Shown piece by piece: positions 12,020 through 25,517 of a DNA stretch of 35,338 nt. The stretch comes from Octopus bimaculoides (taxonomy: Eukaryota), in contig NC_068982.1 in the NCBI RefSeq assembly GCF_001194135.2, positions 112,595,190-112,630,527 of the forward strand, written 5' to 3'. The notes beneath the pieces were generated by a model. The model had not been told where the DNA came from. It worked only from the letters and a program-made list of their open reading frames with translations, and ran no database searches. The position numbers were made by a program, and so were the translations under genes. How positions within the stretch are numbered: the stretch's first letter is position 1; each line of letters begins with the position of its first letter.

Positions 12020-13050
12020 TCTGTTTCTTTCATTTTCAGTGTTTTCCTCTGAAACGACTAGCGCTTCTCTAAATGTAATACAATGGACACAGTAACTCAA
12101 TCTTTTCATCAGGAGCAAACTTCCCAAGCTATATTATCTGTAGCTACTCCTCAAACGTCCTTAAAGTGTTTATCACCTCTTAATTCTCCTTTTGCCCTTT
12201 TATCCACGGTTACTTCTATATATGATAACTGGTTAAATAAGACAACCGAATGTATATTATATCCACAAAATCTCTGACACCTCAAGTCTGCTAAAATATT
12301 GGTTATTCGAACACTCCTTTTAACAGAAGCTGTATTTCTCCTCTGGCCTCTCTTAAAATACAAACTGAGTACTCCAGCGATAGCTTCTCTCTAACACAAA
12401 CTTTTTAATTGTAACAGTATAATAATGCTTTCGAAATAAACCAACATTTCTGTGTCTGCAAACCAATGACTTATCTTTCACCCTCTTTCCGACTACAAAT
12501 ATAATCATCGTGCAGTCAAAGCTATGGGATACTCACTTGCAATTCAGTGCCCTCCCCATACTTGAATATGAATATTCCATCTATGTTGCGTATATATTTT
12601 CTCTGATACTTCGAAGTAACGGTTTCCTGTCATACTGCTCTGTTAGGCAGATCGTTTACGACAATCCAGCGACATTCTAGCAACTAAGTTGTACACTAGT
12701 GTTTAAATATTTTCATTTCCCGCATATCTCAGTTTCTCTTTATTTGGTTGAAATAACACTTGTAGCTTACAAATAAATCATACAGGACTCGTTATATAAT
12801 CGTCCTTTCAACACATCCTAATCCCCCGCATAGAAACTGAACTCTTTCAGACAGGTTTTTCTTTAACAAACTTGGTTCGGAGCATAGTCATCATATGATA
12901 CAATAGAGAGATAGTGACTTTGTTTCTTTCACATGCAGAGAGACATACAAATGTGAAACATCAATATATTTGGTGACTTTTAGGATAACCTGATCTATAT
13001 ACTTCCATATCTACATTTCAATTGTGACCAAAAATGCTTCAGAGACTGTC
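12020..13050 (-). mobile_element. Possible Penelope-like retroelement remnant
   Basis: Minus: GYPKSHQ (12970-12990; cf. YGLPKIHK) and RKYIRNIDGIFIF (12563-12602; cf. RYIDDIF) in the expected order; weak GIY-YIG-like traces near 12.1 kb. Very decayed. Confidence 0.4.
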
Positions 13051-13744
13051 AGTTGTTAACACACCCTAAAGCTTGAATGCAATCTTTATTATAACAATGG
13101 TACAGAAAAAATGTTGTTTTTTTTTTAACATCCGCACAAGAATTTTGCTACAACAATCTTCTCTTGAATAAATTTAGAAGATCTCTGCGGGGCTAATCCA
13201 CTTGCTCGAATTAGAAGCTAAATTCTCCTAAAATCATATTCTACTTTTTTTACTAACGATACATTGGATAATGAAATTTTGCATATTCAATGTTTCTAAA
13301 AGTGTAAGTATACACTTTTACGGTTGGAAATCCTTTTTTCTTAAGTGTGCTGGATCACGATTGACTTGGAGATAAACAAAAAAAATAACGACTCCACTTC
13401 CAGTCATTCGTACAATAGACAAGGCTGTCTAATAAACTCTAAGAAGCGTGCGTTTTAGCTGTCTAAAATTCCAAGTTGTTCAATGTTTTCCCTAGAAACA
13501 TTCCCATAAATATACAGATGGATTCAAATAAAAGGCTTCCGCATAGTCTCTGCTTCCTCAGTTTTCACACAAAATGTTTGGATCAACCTGAGTTTTTGAA
13601 ACATTTTCAAGAATGGTTACAGTAAGCTCGCATTTGCAACATCATAGTTGCGAAGGGAACTTCACCTTTTCGGTAAATTCGGAAAATATACATATATACA
13701 TACTCTCATATACGAACACGAGTACAAAAATAAATAGGGAATGG

Positions 13745-13784
<40 letters not shown>

Positions 13785-13830
13785 GAGAGAGAGGAGAGAA
13801 AGTAAGAGAGAGAGAGAGAGAGAGAGCGAG
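13745..13830. repeat. (GA)n microsatellite
   Basis: Visible directly. Confidence 0.95.
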
Positions 13831-14549
13831 AAATGGATATTTATGTAATGCTTGTATAAATATTTATGAATTGAGATAATGCATGTATAAGTAATGAGAA
13901 TAAACACAGATACATAGATTATAAGCAGTGGGAATAAACAGATATATTCATAAATATTTGCATAAATTTTCAAACATATTTCAATAAATTATGCAAATAT
14001 ATTTTCAAATATTTTCCTAAGCTTGTAAAGACTTTGCAGCAACGTTCGAATAAATGAATATACAGCTTATAAAATTCTGATGACACTGTTAATGTTGAGA
14101 TTGAATAACTACTGAGTGTGTGGTAAAGTTTGCATTGTTCGCATGTTTCCGAGTTGGAAATCAATTCGTAACCACTCTCTCGGTCATGTATCTTTTACTA
14201 ATTCTTCGAATTGTCCCTAAGATTGCACATCTACTGCTGCTACAACTATTGTTAAGCTGAACGAAAATGCTACACAGCATCTCGCATTCTTGTTACTGCC
14301 AACAATCACTCTTGTTCCTGCTCCTAATACCACTGTGTCCCCGGAACAATCAGAAAGAAGAGAAAATCCAGTACCATGGTAATTTTGTAAGAAAATCATG
14401 TAAACTTTCAGAAGTGATAAAATGATGGATTAATTTAATTTATTTTATTTACCTTTTATTTAAACATGAGTGAATTGTCTTTCAGAAGCGATTGAAACCG
14501 GTGGCACACATTGATAAATTTCTCACAGCATTTTCTTCTTTACATATAT

Positions 14550-14552
<3 letters not shown>

Positions 14553-14631
<79 letters not shown>
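14553..14631. repeat. (CA)n(TA)n preceding N gap 14632-15058
   Basis: Visible directly. Confidence 0.95.
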
Positions 14632-15724
14632 NNNNNNNNNNNNNNNNNNNNNNNNNNNNNNNNNNNNNNNNNNNNNNNNNNNNNNNNNNNNNNNNNNNNN
14701 NNNNNNNNNNNNNNNNNNNNNNNNNNNNNNNNNNNNNNNNNNNNNNNNNNNNNNNNNNNNNNNNNNNNNNNNNNNNNNNNNNNNNNNNNNNNNNNNNNNN
14801 NNNNNNNNNNNNNNNNNNNNNNNNNNNNNNNNNNNNNNNNNNNNNNNNNNNNNNNNNNNNNNNNNNNNNNNNNNNNNNNNNNNNNNNNNNNNNNNNNNNN
14901 NNNNNNNNNNNNNNNNNNNNNNNNNNNNNNNNNNNNNNNNNNNNNNNNNNNNNNNNNNNNNNNNNNNNNNNNNNNNNNNNNNNNNNNNNNNNNNNNNNNN
15001 NNNNNNNNNNNNNNNNNNNNNNNNNNNNNNNNNNNNNNNNNNNNNNNNNNNNNNNNNNGATCCATGCGATTTAAAGTTTGGTAGGCTTCTAATAGAAACC
15101 TAGCTCGTTGAAGCTCAGATTAACAAATGGAGGAATACAGTCTAAGATGTCTACAAGAAAACATGTGAAATAGTGTTGTTAGAATTGAGATAAGCAATTT
15201 CAGCGACACCACATGCGCTAGCGCTAAGAGAATGAATTTCTTGGATCATGTGGATGGACAGGAAGCTGGTGGCGCCTAGGTGTCAGGCAGAAGTTCAAAG
15301 CTAGCAGAAGCGAAGCAGCGGAGAGTGTTTGTGTATGTATATGCATGAATATAGAAGTACACACACATACACACACCAGAAAAACATACACACACACATG
15401 CTCTACCTCATAAACATACACGCATACACATGTTTATATACAAATGGAAGAATGTAAACACGTACACACATACATGCATCCTAAACACGCTCACGCACGG
15501 CAGGTACTAAAGCACACGTATGCATACGCATACACACACACTTATACACACGTGGTTAAAAAAATTCTCTTTTTTAGTGCATTTGGTGTCGCTAAAGTTC
15601 CGATCTCCGTTCTAGCATCACTCTGTGGTATAATTTGACCAATACCAGCTCATTTTTCAGGAGCCATATTGGACTTCCAGTTGCCACCTGGGGATTTTTG
15701 CATGACCCCATTCGTTAATCTCAC

Positions 15725-15773
15725 CCTGAACGAGATAGATTTTTGTTAAGCCTTTGCATGGCGCCGAATAAAT
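15725..15773 (-). CDS. Candidate exon 5 of minus-strand gene ((D)LFGAMQRLNKNLSRSG)
   Basis: Minus: cttcattttttaaaacag|ATTTATTC...TTCAGG|gtgaga; 49 nt, phase 1 in / 2 out; fits phase-1 exit of exon 20920-20956. Confidence 0.6.
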
Positions 15774-15822
15774 CTGTTTTAAAAAATGAAGTAACTTTAA
15801 TTAAAATATCTATAACTCGTAT

Positions 15823-16380
<558 letters not shown>

Positions 16381-16417
16381 TTACATTCACACACATACAC
16401 ACCACACACATATGTTT

Positions 16418-16805
16418 CTTTATCCTGTACTTGTTTCAATCATTAGACTGCGGCTGTGCTGGGGCACCACCTTGTATTTTTACTCCAATGAATCAACTCC
16501 AACACTTATTTTTTAAGCCTGCTACTTATTCTATCAATTTCTGTTGCCGATCCACCATGTTACGAAGACACGAGCACACCAACACCGGTTGTCAAGCGGT
16601 GGTGGGGGAAAACACGGAGACATAGACACATAGATATACACATATGTATATATACGACGGGCTTCTTTCAGTTTCTATTTACTAAATCCACTCACAAGGT
16701 TTTGGTCGATCCGAGGCTATAATAGAAACAACTGCCCAAGGCGCCACGCAGTGGAAGAGAACACAGAAACATGTGGCTGGAAAGCAAAGTTTTTACCATA
16801 CAGCC
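16418..16805 (-). mobile_element. Older, more diverged SINE copy B of the same family
   Basis: Collinear with copy A (ccactcacaagg, cccaaggcgccacgcagtgg, accatacagcc) with many more substitutions; head cut at the junction with copy C. Confidence 0.85.
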
Positions 16806-16973
16806 GTAGGAGTGGCTCTGTGGTGAGTAGCTAGCTTACCAACCACATGGTCCCGGGTTCAGTCCCACTGCGTAGCATCTTGGGCAAGTGTCTTCTACTA
16901 TAGCCTCGGGCCGACCAAAGCCTTGTGAGTGGATTTGGTAGACGGAAACTGAAAGAAGCCTGTCGTATATATG

Positions 16974-17004
<31 letters not shown>

Positions 17005-17152
17005 GTGTGTGTATGTTTGTATGTGTGTGTTTGTCCCCCAACATCGCTTGACAACCGATGCTGGTGTGTTTATGTCCCCGTAACTTAGCGGTTCGGCAAA
17101 AGAGATCGATAGAATAAGTACTAGGCTTCTAAAGAATAAGTCCTGGGGTCGA
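16804..17152 (+). mobile_element. SINE copy C (3' end in N gap 17153-17446)
   Basis: gtaggagtggctctgtggtgagtagc...ggttcagtcccactgcg...; near-identical to 28206-28550. Confidence 0.93.
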
Positions 17153-17589
17153 NNNNNNNNNNNNNNNNNNNNNNNNNNNNNNNNNNNNNNNNNNNNNNNN
17201 NNNNNNNNNNNNNNNNNNNNNNNNNNNNNNNNNNNNNNNNNNNNNNNNNNNNNNNNNNNNNNNNNNNNNNNNNNNNNNNNNNNNNNNNNNNNNNNNNNNN
17301 NNNNNNNNNNNNNNNNNNNNNNNNNNNNNNNNNNNNNNNNNNNNNNNNNNNNNNNNNNNNNNNNNNNNNNNNNNNNNNNNNNNNNNNNNNNNNNNNNNNN
17401 NNNNNNNNNNNNNNNNNNNNNNNNNNNNNNNNNNNNNNNNNNNNNNCATACGGAAATAGAGAGGTGGTGAGCGATAAAGTTATTTACGCATTCAGTTTGT
17501 AAAATGATACGCTGGAGAACAATATATTGCATTGTCTACATAATGAATATAAAGGTAGCATATAAATGGTATTCAGACAAATAATATTA

Positions 17590-17712
17590 ATGGAGGTGAT
17601 GATGATGATTATGATTATGAATATGATTATAATGATGATGATGACGACGACGATGCTGAGGATGACGAGAATGGTGGTGATGATTAGCATGAGAATGATG
17701 ATTGAACATGAT
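17590..17712. repeat. Imperfect (GAT)n trinucleotide repeat
   Basis: Visible directly. Confidence 0.85.
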
Positions 17713-18246
17713 ATTTATGGATCAATAATATTGAACACTAGTAGCTTGATATTATAAAATGAGGTGCTGTATTCCCACGAGTAGGATACCTGGGAGCACA
17801 TATTCTTTCTTTAACATTTTTTTCTAGTTTAAGCAGTGTTAATATCAGACAAACTGCCCCCAGAACGCAATATAAATTATCCAAAAGATCATTCTGTTTG
17901 TCCACAAACATTCATTAGTCTCAGACGAGACATATTCTTCGCAAATGGCGCCACGCAAGTCAATCAGTAAATGCACACACATGATCAAAGTTACGTGACT
18001 GTAAGCAATTAGGAAGGGATTATATTTACAGATAAACTACAAGAATGCATCATACACACACATGCATATACGTGAAAACACACACATGCATACACACACA
18101 CATGCGTGCGCGCTTGGGTGAGTAAACATATATATAAATATATATATACAAATACGTACATGTACAAATACATTTTTAGGCATTAATAAATATGGTTTAG
18201 AGATATGTACGTGGTGAGTGTTCGTTGTGTGTGTCTGTGCTTGTGT

Positions 18247-18287
<41 letters not shown>

Positions 18288-18479
18288 GGAGGAAGAATGA
18301 GAGAGTATGATAGGAGTAAATTGTCTGAAAATGCCTGCGTTTGTGAAACATTGTTCCTGTACCGGAAGTAAAATCACTATTTTCATTTCCTTTATGAAAT
18401 GACATTATCTTCAGATAAGTAATTTCACTGGTTTAAATGCACATATACGCATATTTCAAATTATCTATTACACACCACG

Positions 18480-18523
18480 TAAGTACACACACACACACAC
18501 GCACACAGAAACACACACACACA

Positions 18524-18562
<39 letters not shown>

Positions 18563-18671
18563 ACACATACACACACATAGACCATTTCTCACTCTCGCGC
18601 AAGCATGCACACCTATATGTATATATACATTCCTATTACTGCTCACGCTCAATAAGAGACATTTGATCACA

Positions 18672-18730
<59 letters not shown>
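18480..18730. repeat. (CA)n (18485-18577) and (TA)n (18676-18730) microsatellites
   Basis: Visible directly. Confidence 0.9.
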
Positions 18731-18733
<3 letters not shown>

Positions 18734-19216
18734 AAATTATAATACAGGGTATCAAGAGATACGACCACGCTGAAAAAATAGCAGTCAAATTCTGACTCTA
18801 AAACCACAATAAATGTCCGCATGGCACGATTAGCGAAGACGAAGACCAAATAAATCAGTAAAAATAAAGATAATTCCAAATCCTAGATTTCTGGCTTTAC
18901 ATAAATAATAATGCTCTGCCTTCATCAGTGGAATATACTCCAGTACATAAATACAAATACATGCATATAAACAGTATACTTACATATACGGACGTATACA
19001 TATACATATACATATACGTCCGTATATGTAAGTATTTATTTATGCAAAGCCAGAAATCCAGGATTTGGAATTATCTTTATTTTTACTGATTTATTTGGTC
19101 TTCGTCTTCGCTAATCGTGCCATGCGGACATTTATTGTGGTTTTAGAGTCAGAATTTGACTGCTATTTTTTCAACGTGGTGGTATCTCTTGATACCCTGT
19201 ATTATAATTTTAAATA
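18728..19216. repeat. Long inverted repeat / fold-back palindrome, possibly derived from a Tc1/mariner TIR or MITE
   Basis: 18728-18908 is the reverse complement of 19036-19216 (4 mismatches by eye); 18976-18998 pairs perfectly with 19013-19035; TA|CAGGGT at 18743-18750. Confidence 0.97.
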
Positions 19217-19303
19217 ATTATTACCTTTGATGGTTTTTATTCCCATGCTGACCACTTGATAAGATCAATATTTTAAATATCGATCTTATCCTTATTTATA
19301 TAA

Positions 19304-19335
<32 letters not shown>

Positions 19336-20048
19336 AAAGAGAGAGAGAGAGAGAGAGAGAGAAAGGGGGGCAGGCAGTCAGACAGACAGAGAAAGAAAGA
19401 AAGAAAGAAAAAAAAAGAATGAGGGAGTCAGAGAAAAATTTTATGAAAATGATTCAGTGAGACAGAAATTTAATGATAAAGAGATAGCGAACAATAACGA
19501 ACGTAGAAAAAAAGAGAGATAGTTTCCAGTTCTCTGCCATTTCTGTTGACAGGCGAGAAATTGTCAGTTGACAAAGAGAGAAGGGGTGAGCAATATGACC
19601 TGTTGGATCTCCCTCTAGACTTGTGAGATTGATTAGATGCATCTTATTTCTGAACCTCGTTAAGTGTATATATGAAGTCCCCATCCCCACGAAATAATAC
19701 ATGTGAAGACAGGGGAAACAATTCGGTCAAAATGTTTTCAAATTCAGCAATGTTTGATCGAATACCTTGTAACTGAGTGACTGCTTAATACCAGGTGCGG
19801 ATGGAAGAGAGCAGCGGAGAGCACAGCATTCCTACAAATATTTCATTTTTAGAGCTCAGAAGCTCAATGTGTCCTTAAAAGATATTTGGCTGCTATGTCT
19901 AGTAGGTTATGTTCAAAGGACATCTCAATCACACTGTTGTACATTTAATTTGATACGCGACTGTTTTCGAAACACCATTCTCTCTTTCATGGCTATTCTT
20001 GATACTCTTCATAAAAGCGCGCACACGCACACCAAGACACACACACGC

Positions 20049-20096
<48 letters not shown>

Positions 20097-20919
20097 NNNN
20101 NNNNNNNNNNNNNNNNNNNNNNNNNNNNNNNNNNNNNNNNNNNNNNNNNNNNNNNNNNNNNNNNNNNNNNNNNNNNNNNNNNNNNNNNNNNNNNNNNNNN
20201 NNNNNNNNNNNNNNNNNNNNNNNNNNNNNNNNNNNNNNNNNNNNNNNNNNNNNNNNNNNNNNNNNNNNNNNNNNNNNNNNNNNNNNNNNNNNNNNNNNNN
20301 NNNNNNNNNNNNNNNNNNNNNNNNNNNNNNNNNNNNNNNNNNNNNNNNNNNNNNNNNNNNNNNNNNNNNNNNNNNNNNNNNNNNNNNNNNNNNNNNNNNN
20401 NNNNNNNNNNNNNNNNNNNNNNNNNNNNNNNNNNNNNNNNNNNNNNNNNNNNNNNNNNNNNNNNNNNNNNNNNNNNNNNNNNNNNNNNNNNNNNNNNNNN
20501 NNNNNNNNNNNNNNNNNNNNNNNNNNNNNNNNNNNNNNNNNNNNNNNNNNNNNNNNNNNNNNNNNNNNNNNNNNNNNNNNNNNNNNNNNNNNNNNNNNNN
20601 NNNNNNNNNNNNNNNNNNNNNNNNNNNNNNNNNNNNNNNNNNNNNNNNNNNNNNNNNNNNNNNNNNNNNNNNNNNNNNNNNNNNNNNNNNNNNNNNNNNN
20701 NNNNNNNNNNNNNNNNNNNNNNNNNNNNNNNNNNNNNNNNNNNNNNNNNNNNNNNNNNNNNNNNNNNNNNNNNNNTACACATACATACGTACATATATAC
20801 ATATACTTATATATGTGTGCGTGTGTGGGACGCGAGTATATAATATACACCAGTTATTAAACTTTCTTTATCGCATATTGGCCCGATTTTTCTTAGCTGT
20901 GTACATGGTTGACGCTTAC

Positions 20920-20956
20920 CGGCTACATGTACCGTGATCTTTCGGATCGCTCTACC
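20920..20956 (-). CDS. Candidate exon 4 of minus-strand gene (GRAIRKITVHVA)
   Basis: Minus: atatttatgtagttatag|GGTAGA...TAGCCG|gtaagc; 37 nt, only phase 0 open, phase 1 out. Confidence 0.6.
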
Positions 20957-21013
20957 CTATAACTACATAAATATGTACATATGTGTATACATACATATAT
21001 ATGTGTGTGTGTT

Positions 21014-21044
<31 letters not shown>

Positions 21045-23000
21045 TTGTGTGTGTGTGAAACTTTTACGTATATATTTCATGTCTACCAAAAATAAATATA
21101 CAGAAAATTGTACCAAAGTATATTTACGTTGTCTATAAATGAAGTTCATGCAAGGATATTTATTCTAAAATGGTGATTCATTTTAGCAACATATCATATG
21201 AAATATGTCAAAATAAGATTATCCAAGAACTATTTAATATCTATGATCTATATTCATTAAATTTTGATTACTGTAGCGCAGATAGCAAGCGTTTAAATAA
21301 CATAGGTTCCAGCACCTGTACAGTTCATTCTACTTTTGTTTTATTTCGATTGTTCCGTTAATGAACTAGGGGAATCGTAAAAGCAATTTTTCCATTACAA
21401 GATACTCTGAGTTCAAAAGAGTAGATCACACATTGTTGGATAGCTCTGATCACGAAATTTCAAGCAGATGTCCATATTTATCACCGATAAATATATTACT
21501 TCTATGTATTGTTATACTCTGTTGAAAATCAAAGGCGAAAACAACCATCACGATACATAATAGCTGTAGGCAACGATATTAACTTTTTCCGATATATTAT
21601 GGAATAAATCAGTATTCAGTATATTTGCAGGAAAATTCTAAAGTGCATATGTTAGAGCATATTTTATCACAATATACCATTCATCTCATTGTACCTGACA
21701 CAATAATCTCGATCATGTATCACAACTATAACTGAAACATGATTTATATTGAAACAAGACTGACCGATATACGTCGATAATATATTTAGATTCTGTCAAC
21801 TATGGTTAATTATAATTTAAGTACATTCTTACAATAGTGGTTTCGATACTGGATTACGATCAGCGTTATATTTTCATTAAATTTCATCCCATCGACATCG
21901 ATTTATAGCTTATGATGTGAAATAAGCTACCCTTAAAAATATATACGAATTCTTGTATAACTCTGTTGGTGTTATCATGTCCACGCTTGTAGGATATCTG
22001 TATTTTATATATCTATATCTTACATTGTATATTGTATATTGTATATGTATTGTTCCATCAAGAAATACAGTAGTTTATTTTATATGCATCCAAAAAGTTT
22101 TAGCAGCGATAAAATTATATTGGATTAGTGATAGCAAAAATGCGTTTTATCGAGCAAGCCGAGTATTAACACAGATATGAAGAATTTTGTTTCCCAGTTA
22201 CGCCGGTTTTATACGTGTGTACCTTTAACAAAGGGATGTTTTTGTGAGTATGCAGCGTATAAAATTTCAGATAATAGAGAATATATTGACAAGAGAGAAG
22301 TGTGTGGAAAGGGAGCTACATGTAAATAACAAACCAAACATGGTTGCTTTGGAGATAGTCAACTTGTAATCTGTGACAATCACTCTCCTGTCATTGATTT
22401 CGTTACCAAGTGTTGGACACGAAATTTCTATAAATACCGAATTAGTTAAAAAAATGTTTGGAACAAGTATTTTGAAACAAGCAAGCATCAATTTTGTGAG
22501 GATATTTATCGATCCATAGCTATAATACTTTGGGAATGCATGCATGAGGATGCAGATTTAATCAAATTTTATACATTAGGAGGACAAGTTACATTAACCA
22601 GTATGAAGACAACAAAAATCTCAATACATAATTGGTAGTTTCAAATATATACATGTATATCTATCTATCTATCTATCTACCTCTCACCTTCCCGAGCGTT
22701 ACACTAATACACCTGATTGTTGTTTATACATCTGTCAGTGTCTTTTGTTTTTCTGTAAATTTCAATATATATATATATATANNNNNNNNNNNNNNNNNNN
22801 NNNNNNNNNNNNNNNNNNNNNNNNNNNNNNNATATATATGTACAATTAGATAACCGTTTGTAAATGGTCTTGTGGAGGAAAACCTGTGACTAACGCTGCG
22901 AGGTTTCACAAATAATATGAAAAGAAAGGATAGAATCCATAACGCATGAAATACTAAAATAGAATCACATATTGTTCTTAAAGAAACTCGTCTTGCTTAC

Positions 23001-23132
23001 TTCGAAGGAGGATCTTAGATTGGCGACCGCTTCATGACCACCATCTGGATCTTGGGTGCCATAGTGGTACTTAAATTTGTTGCAGTATTTCAGGCCTGAT
23101 ATCTGATCTAATGGAAAGTAGAATCGCAGGGC
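23001..23132 (-). CDS. Candidate exon 3 of minus-strand gene (ALRFYFPLDQISGLKYCNKFKYHYGTQDPDGGHEAVANLRSSFE)
   Basis: Minus: ccattattctttacag|GCCCTG...TTCGAA|gtaagc; strong sites, 132 nt, GC-richer than flanks, only phase 0 open. Confidence 0.75.
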
Positions 23133-23544
23133 CTGTAAAGAATAATGGCTGCTGCCCTTCTGTTGGCTAAATATATCAATTTACACGCTTGCAAGACATA
23201 AGGCAATGTCGAAACATTGGGAATACTTTTAGAAGACTTAACAGATTGTACAGACTATGTCTCCATTGTACTGTGCACGGTTATTTAGATGAGTTATAGA
23301 CAAAATCATTATACATATGTAACATCAGTGGTTTAAAGAAAAGCCAACATACAGTCATTTAAAAGACTCTATGAAGAAAATTAGAAGAAACCATTTTAAT
23401 TAATTAAAAGAAACAAGTATGACGTTATAGCAAAGTCATTTTCATTCTCGATATATAATATACAACCAAAAAATACATTGACGTCTGTCATAGATCTAAA
23501 ACAGTTCTAGCCATTAAGATTTTGACAGAATTTTAAGAACATAC

Positions 23545-23630
23545 CTTCATCATGAATAAAATCATAATGAAGACGTAGACGTTTGGGGGTAACTTTTCTA
23601 AAGTAGAAGTATTCCAATGAAAATAAAAAT
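23545..23630 (-). CDS. Candidate exon 2 of minus-strand gene (xFYFHWNTSTLEKLPPNVYVFIMILFMMK)
   Basis: Minus: gtgatgttttcag|ATTTTT...ATGAAG|gtatgt; 86 nt, phase 1 in / 0 out joins exon 23001-23132 in frame; may be partly 5' UTR. Confidence 0.65.
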
Positions 23631-23809
23631 CTGAAAACATCACAAATGTCACGAACAGTTGTGTTAATGAGGCCATCATATTTTTAACGTTTTATTTAGT
23701 AACACAAAGTGGTGTATATATATATATGTATGCTAGATACACAAGTCAAGTCGTAATTTGTCTAACCGAAATCTTTATGCACTGAGAATGCTCAGCTAGT
23801 AATTAGAAG

Positions 23810-23842
<33 letters not shown>

Positions 23843-23852
23843 NNNNNNNNNN

Positions 23853-23893
<41 letters not shown>

Positions 23894-24265
23894 TGTCTCT
23901 CTTTTCTAATCAGTTCTCATCAGTTATCGACCAAATATCAACAAAATTTCAACGCCTTACCGATGACATTGTTCTGTTTAGCGGTAACAAGACCAAAATA
24001 ATAATAACAATAATAATAATGAGAAGAAGAAGAAGAAGAAGAAGAAGAAGAAGGCTGCTGGGATATAATGAATAAACTTGAGGGACAAAACAAAACAGAC
24101 GTGATCTCTATACTGAACGGGTGAGTGAAGATGAAAATGCAAAAAATATATAAAACGAAAAAGTAAGGTGGGCGTCGAAAAAATATTAAATAAATGACAC
24201 ATACATACATTCGTACATACAAAAATACATACATACTACATATACACACAAACACACATACTTAC

Positions 24266-24306
24266 AACTCCACACGTACATGAATATAATGGAATATTCG
24301 TTTTCC
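24266..24306 (-). CDS. Candidate exon 1 (ENEYSIIFMYVWS or 5' UTR)
   Basis: Minus: attgcttctctag|GGAAAA...GGAGTT|gtaagt; 41 nt; the phase 2 in / 1 out frame continues into exon 23545-23630. Confidence 0.45.
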
Positions 24307-25234
24307 CTAGAGAAGCAATAATGCATTAATAATAGAGAGTTGTAAAATAAATTAAATAAGTTAAGCCTTTTCCTAATAAAAAAAATCTCATATTTCGAAG
24401 TAGTACAACAATATTTAGTATCCAAATACAATTAAATGAATGTGACACCAAAGCAATGGATAGTGATTACCATTCGTAGGAAAGCAAATTCTCGTCAATG
24501 AATGCGCTTTACTATTTCGTCTGCTTCAATATTAATTGAATAAACTATATCTTGTCGTAACAATGGAAGCATTCTTCCCAATGTCGTGTTATATATTCCA
24601 TTTCCTTGTGTACTAAAAGTGTTTGGGAGATTCATATTGTTAGATGTAATACACATTCAATTGTAAGGCTACAATAAAGTGCTGCACTGCATATTTTGAA
24701 AAAGAATATCCCCATACACGCATATACACACATGCACGCACTTATACATAAATGTATACTGCTCTGTAGTTTTTTTTATAGTGATTTCGTATGTATTTAT
24801 ATGTGTAATAAATGAAAACAAATGATGAATTTGATACAGATAAAGAAGTTTGTTGGAATTCGAGAAATGCTACTTGATTATTAGCTATGTTTGCAACAGC
24901 TAAAGTACTGATGCGAATTACACTTAACACCAAAGCTTTACCACTATGCAATAGTTGTCAGTTGTTACAACTTGGTGCCGTATTTGTTTAAAACTTTAAA
25001 TCTAAAATGATATTATCAAAATAAATGTTACTATTTTTATAACAGAAATCTTTGAAGTAGGAAATAATGATAAATTTCTTTTTGACAAAATAGTTTAAAT
25101 TTGAACTAAGACGACAGAGAATAAACCTAAGATACCTGTTAATATTTGATTTATCGTCAAAATTTAGCAGAAGTTCAATTCGATTGGAGATACGTAGTAG
25201 ATAGTTGAAAATCCTACTATACTAAGATGCAATA

Positions 25235-25423
25235 CTTGAAATGATAAAAAAAAATATAATAAGGCAACTGGAAATCCCGTGCAAGATTGATATTTTGCAA
25301 AAAGCAGCCTTATTGGGCACAGCGTACACCTCAAGGAAAGTATAATCTGTCTGAGGTCCTTGTTGTGACTTTACAGATGACTAAAGGCTCCGGTGCAATT
25401 TCAACCTACACTGTGTTACGAAA

Positions 25424-25500
<77 letters not shown>

Positions 25501-25517
25501 CAATAATAATGATAAAG
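25235..25517 (+). mobile_element. 5'-truncated Dong/R4-clade 3' end with short 3' UTR and (AAT)n tail
   Basis: EIPCKIDILQKAALLGTAYTSRKV*SV* (25271-25354) matches the R4/Dong C-terminus QKAALLGTAxILRKVL; about 70 nt later the (AAT)n tract begins (25424). Confidence 0.8.

Noticed and set aside
12540-12583. Minus segment with strong gtgagt donor (DGIFIFKYGEGTELQ)
   Set aside because: Better explained as the RT motif of the Penelope-like remnant; poor acceptor.
16804-16880. tRNA gene
   Set aside because: A/B boxes belong to the SINE head; no cloverleaf or terminator is evident. No CRISPR arrays, rRNA or prokaryotic features were seen anywhere in the window.
19553-19585. Plus 33-nt segment with good acceptor and gtgagc donor
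   Set aside because: Isolated; cannot be chained to other plus exons.
19720-19860. Repeat-like GC-richer segment
   Set aside because: It looks like an interspersed repeat fragment, but I cannot assign a family from sequence alone.
21402-21525. Plus ORF ending SSRCPYLSPINILLLCIVILC*, GPI-signal-like
   Set aside because: Joining to the 14222 exon creates TGA; no other support, and length is within chance expectation.
22267-22545. 92-codon minus ORF, nearly open on plus as well
   Set aside because: No recognisable motif or phase-compatible splice sites; a few such ORFs are expected by chance.
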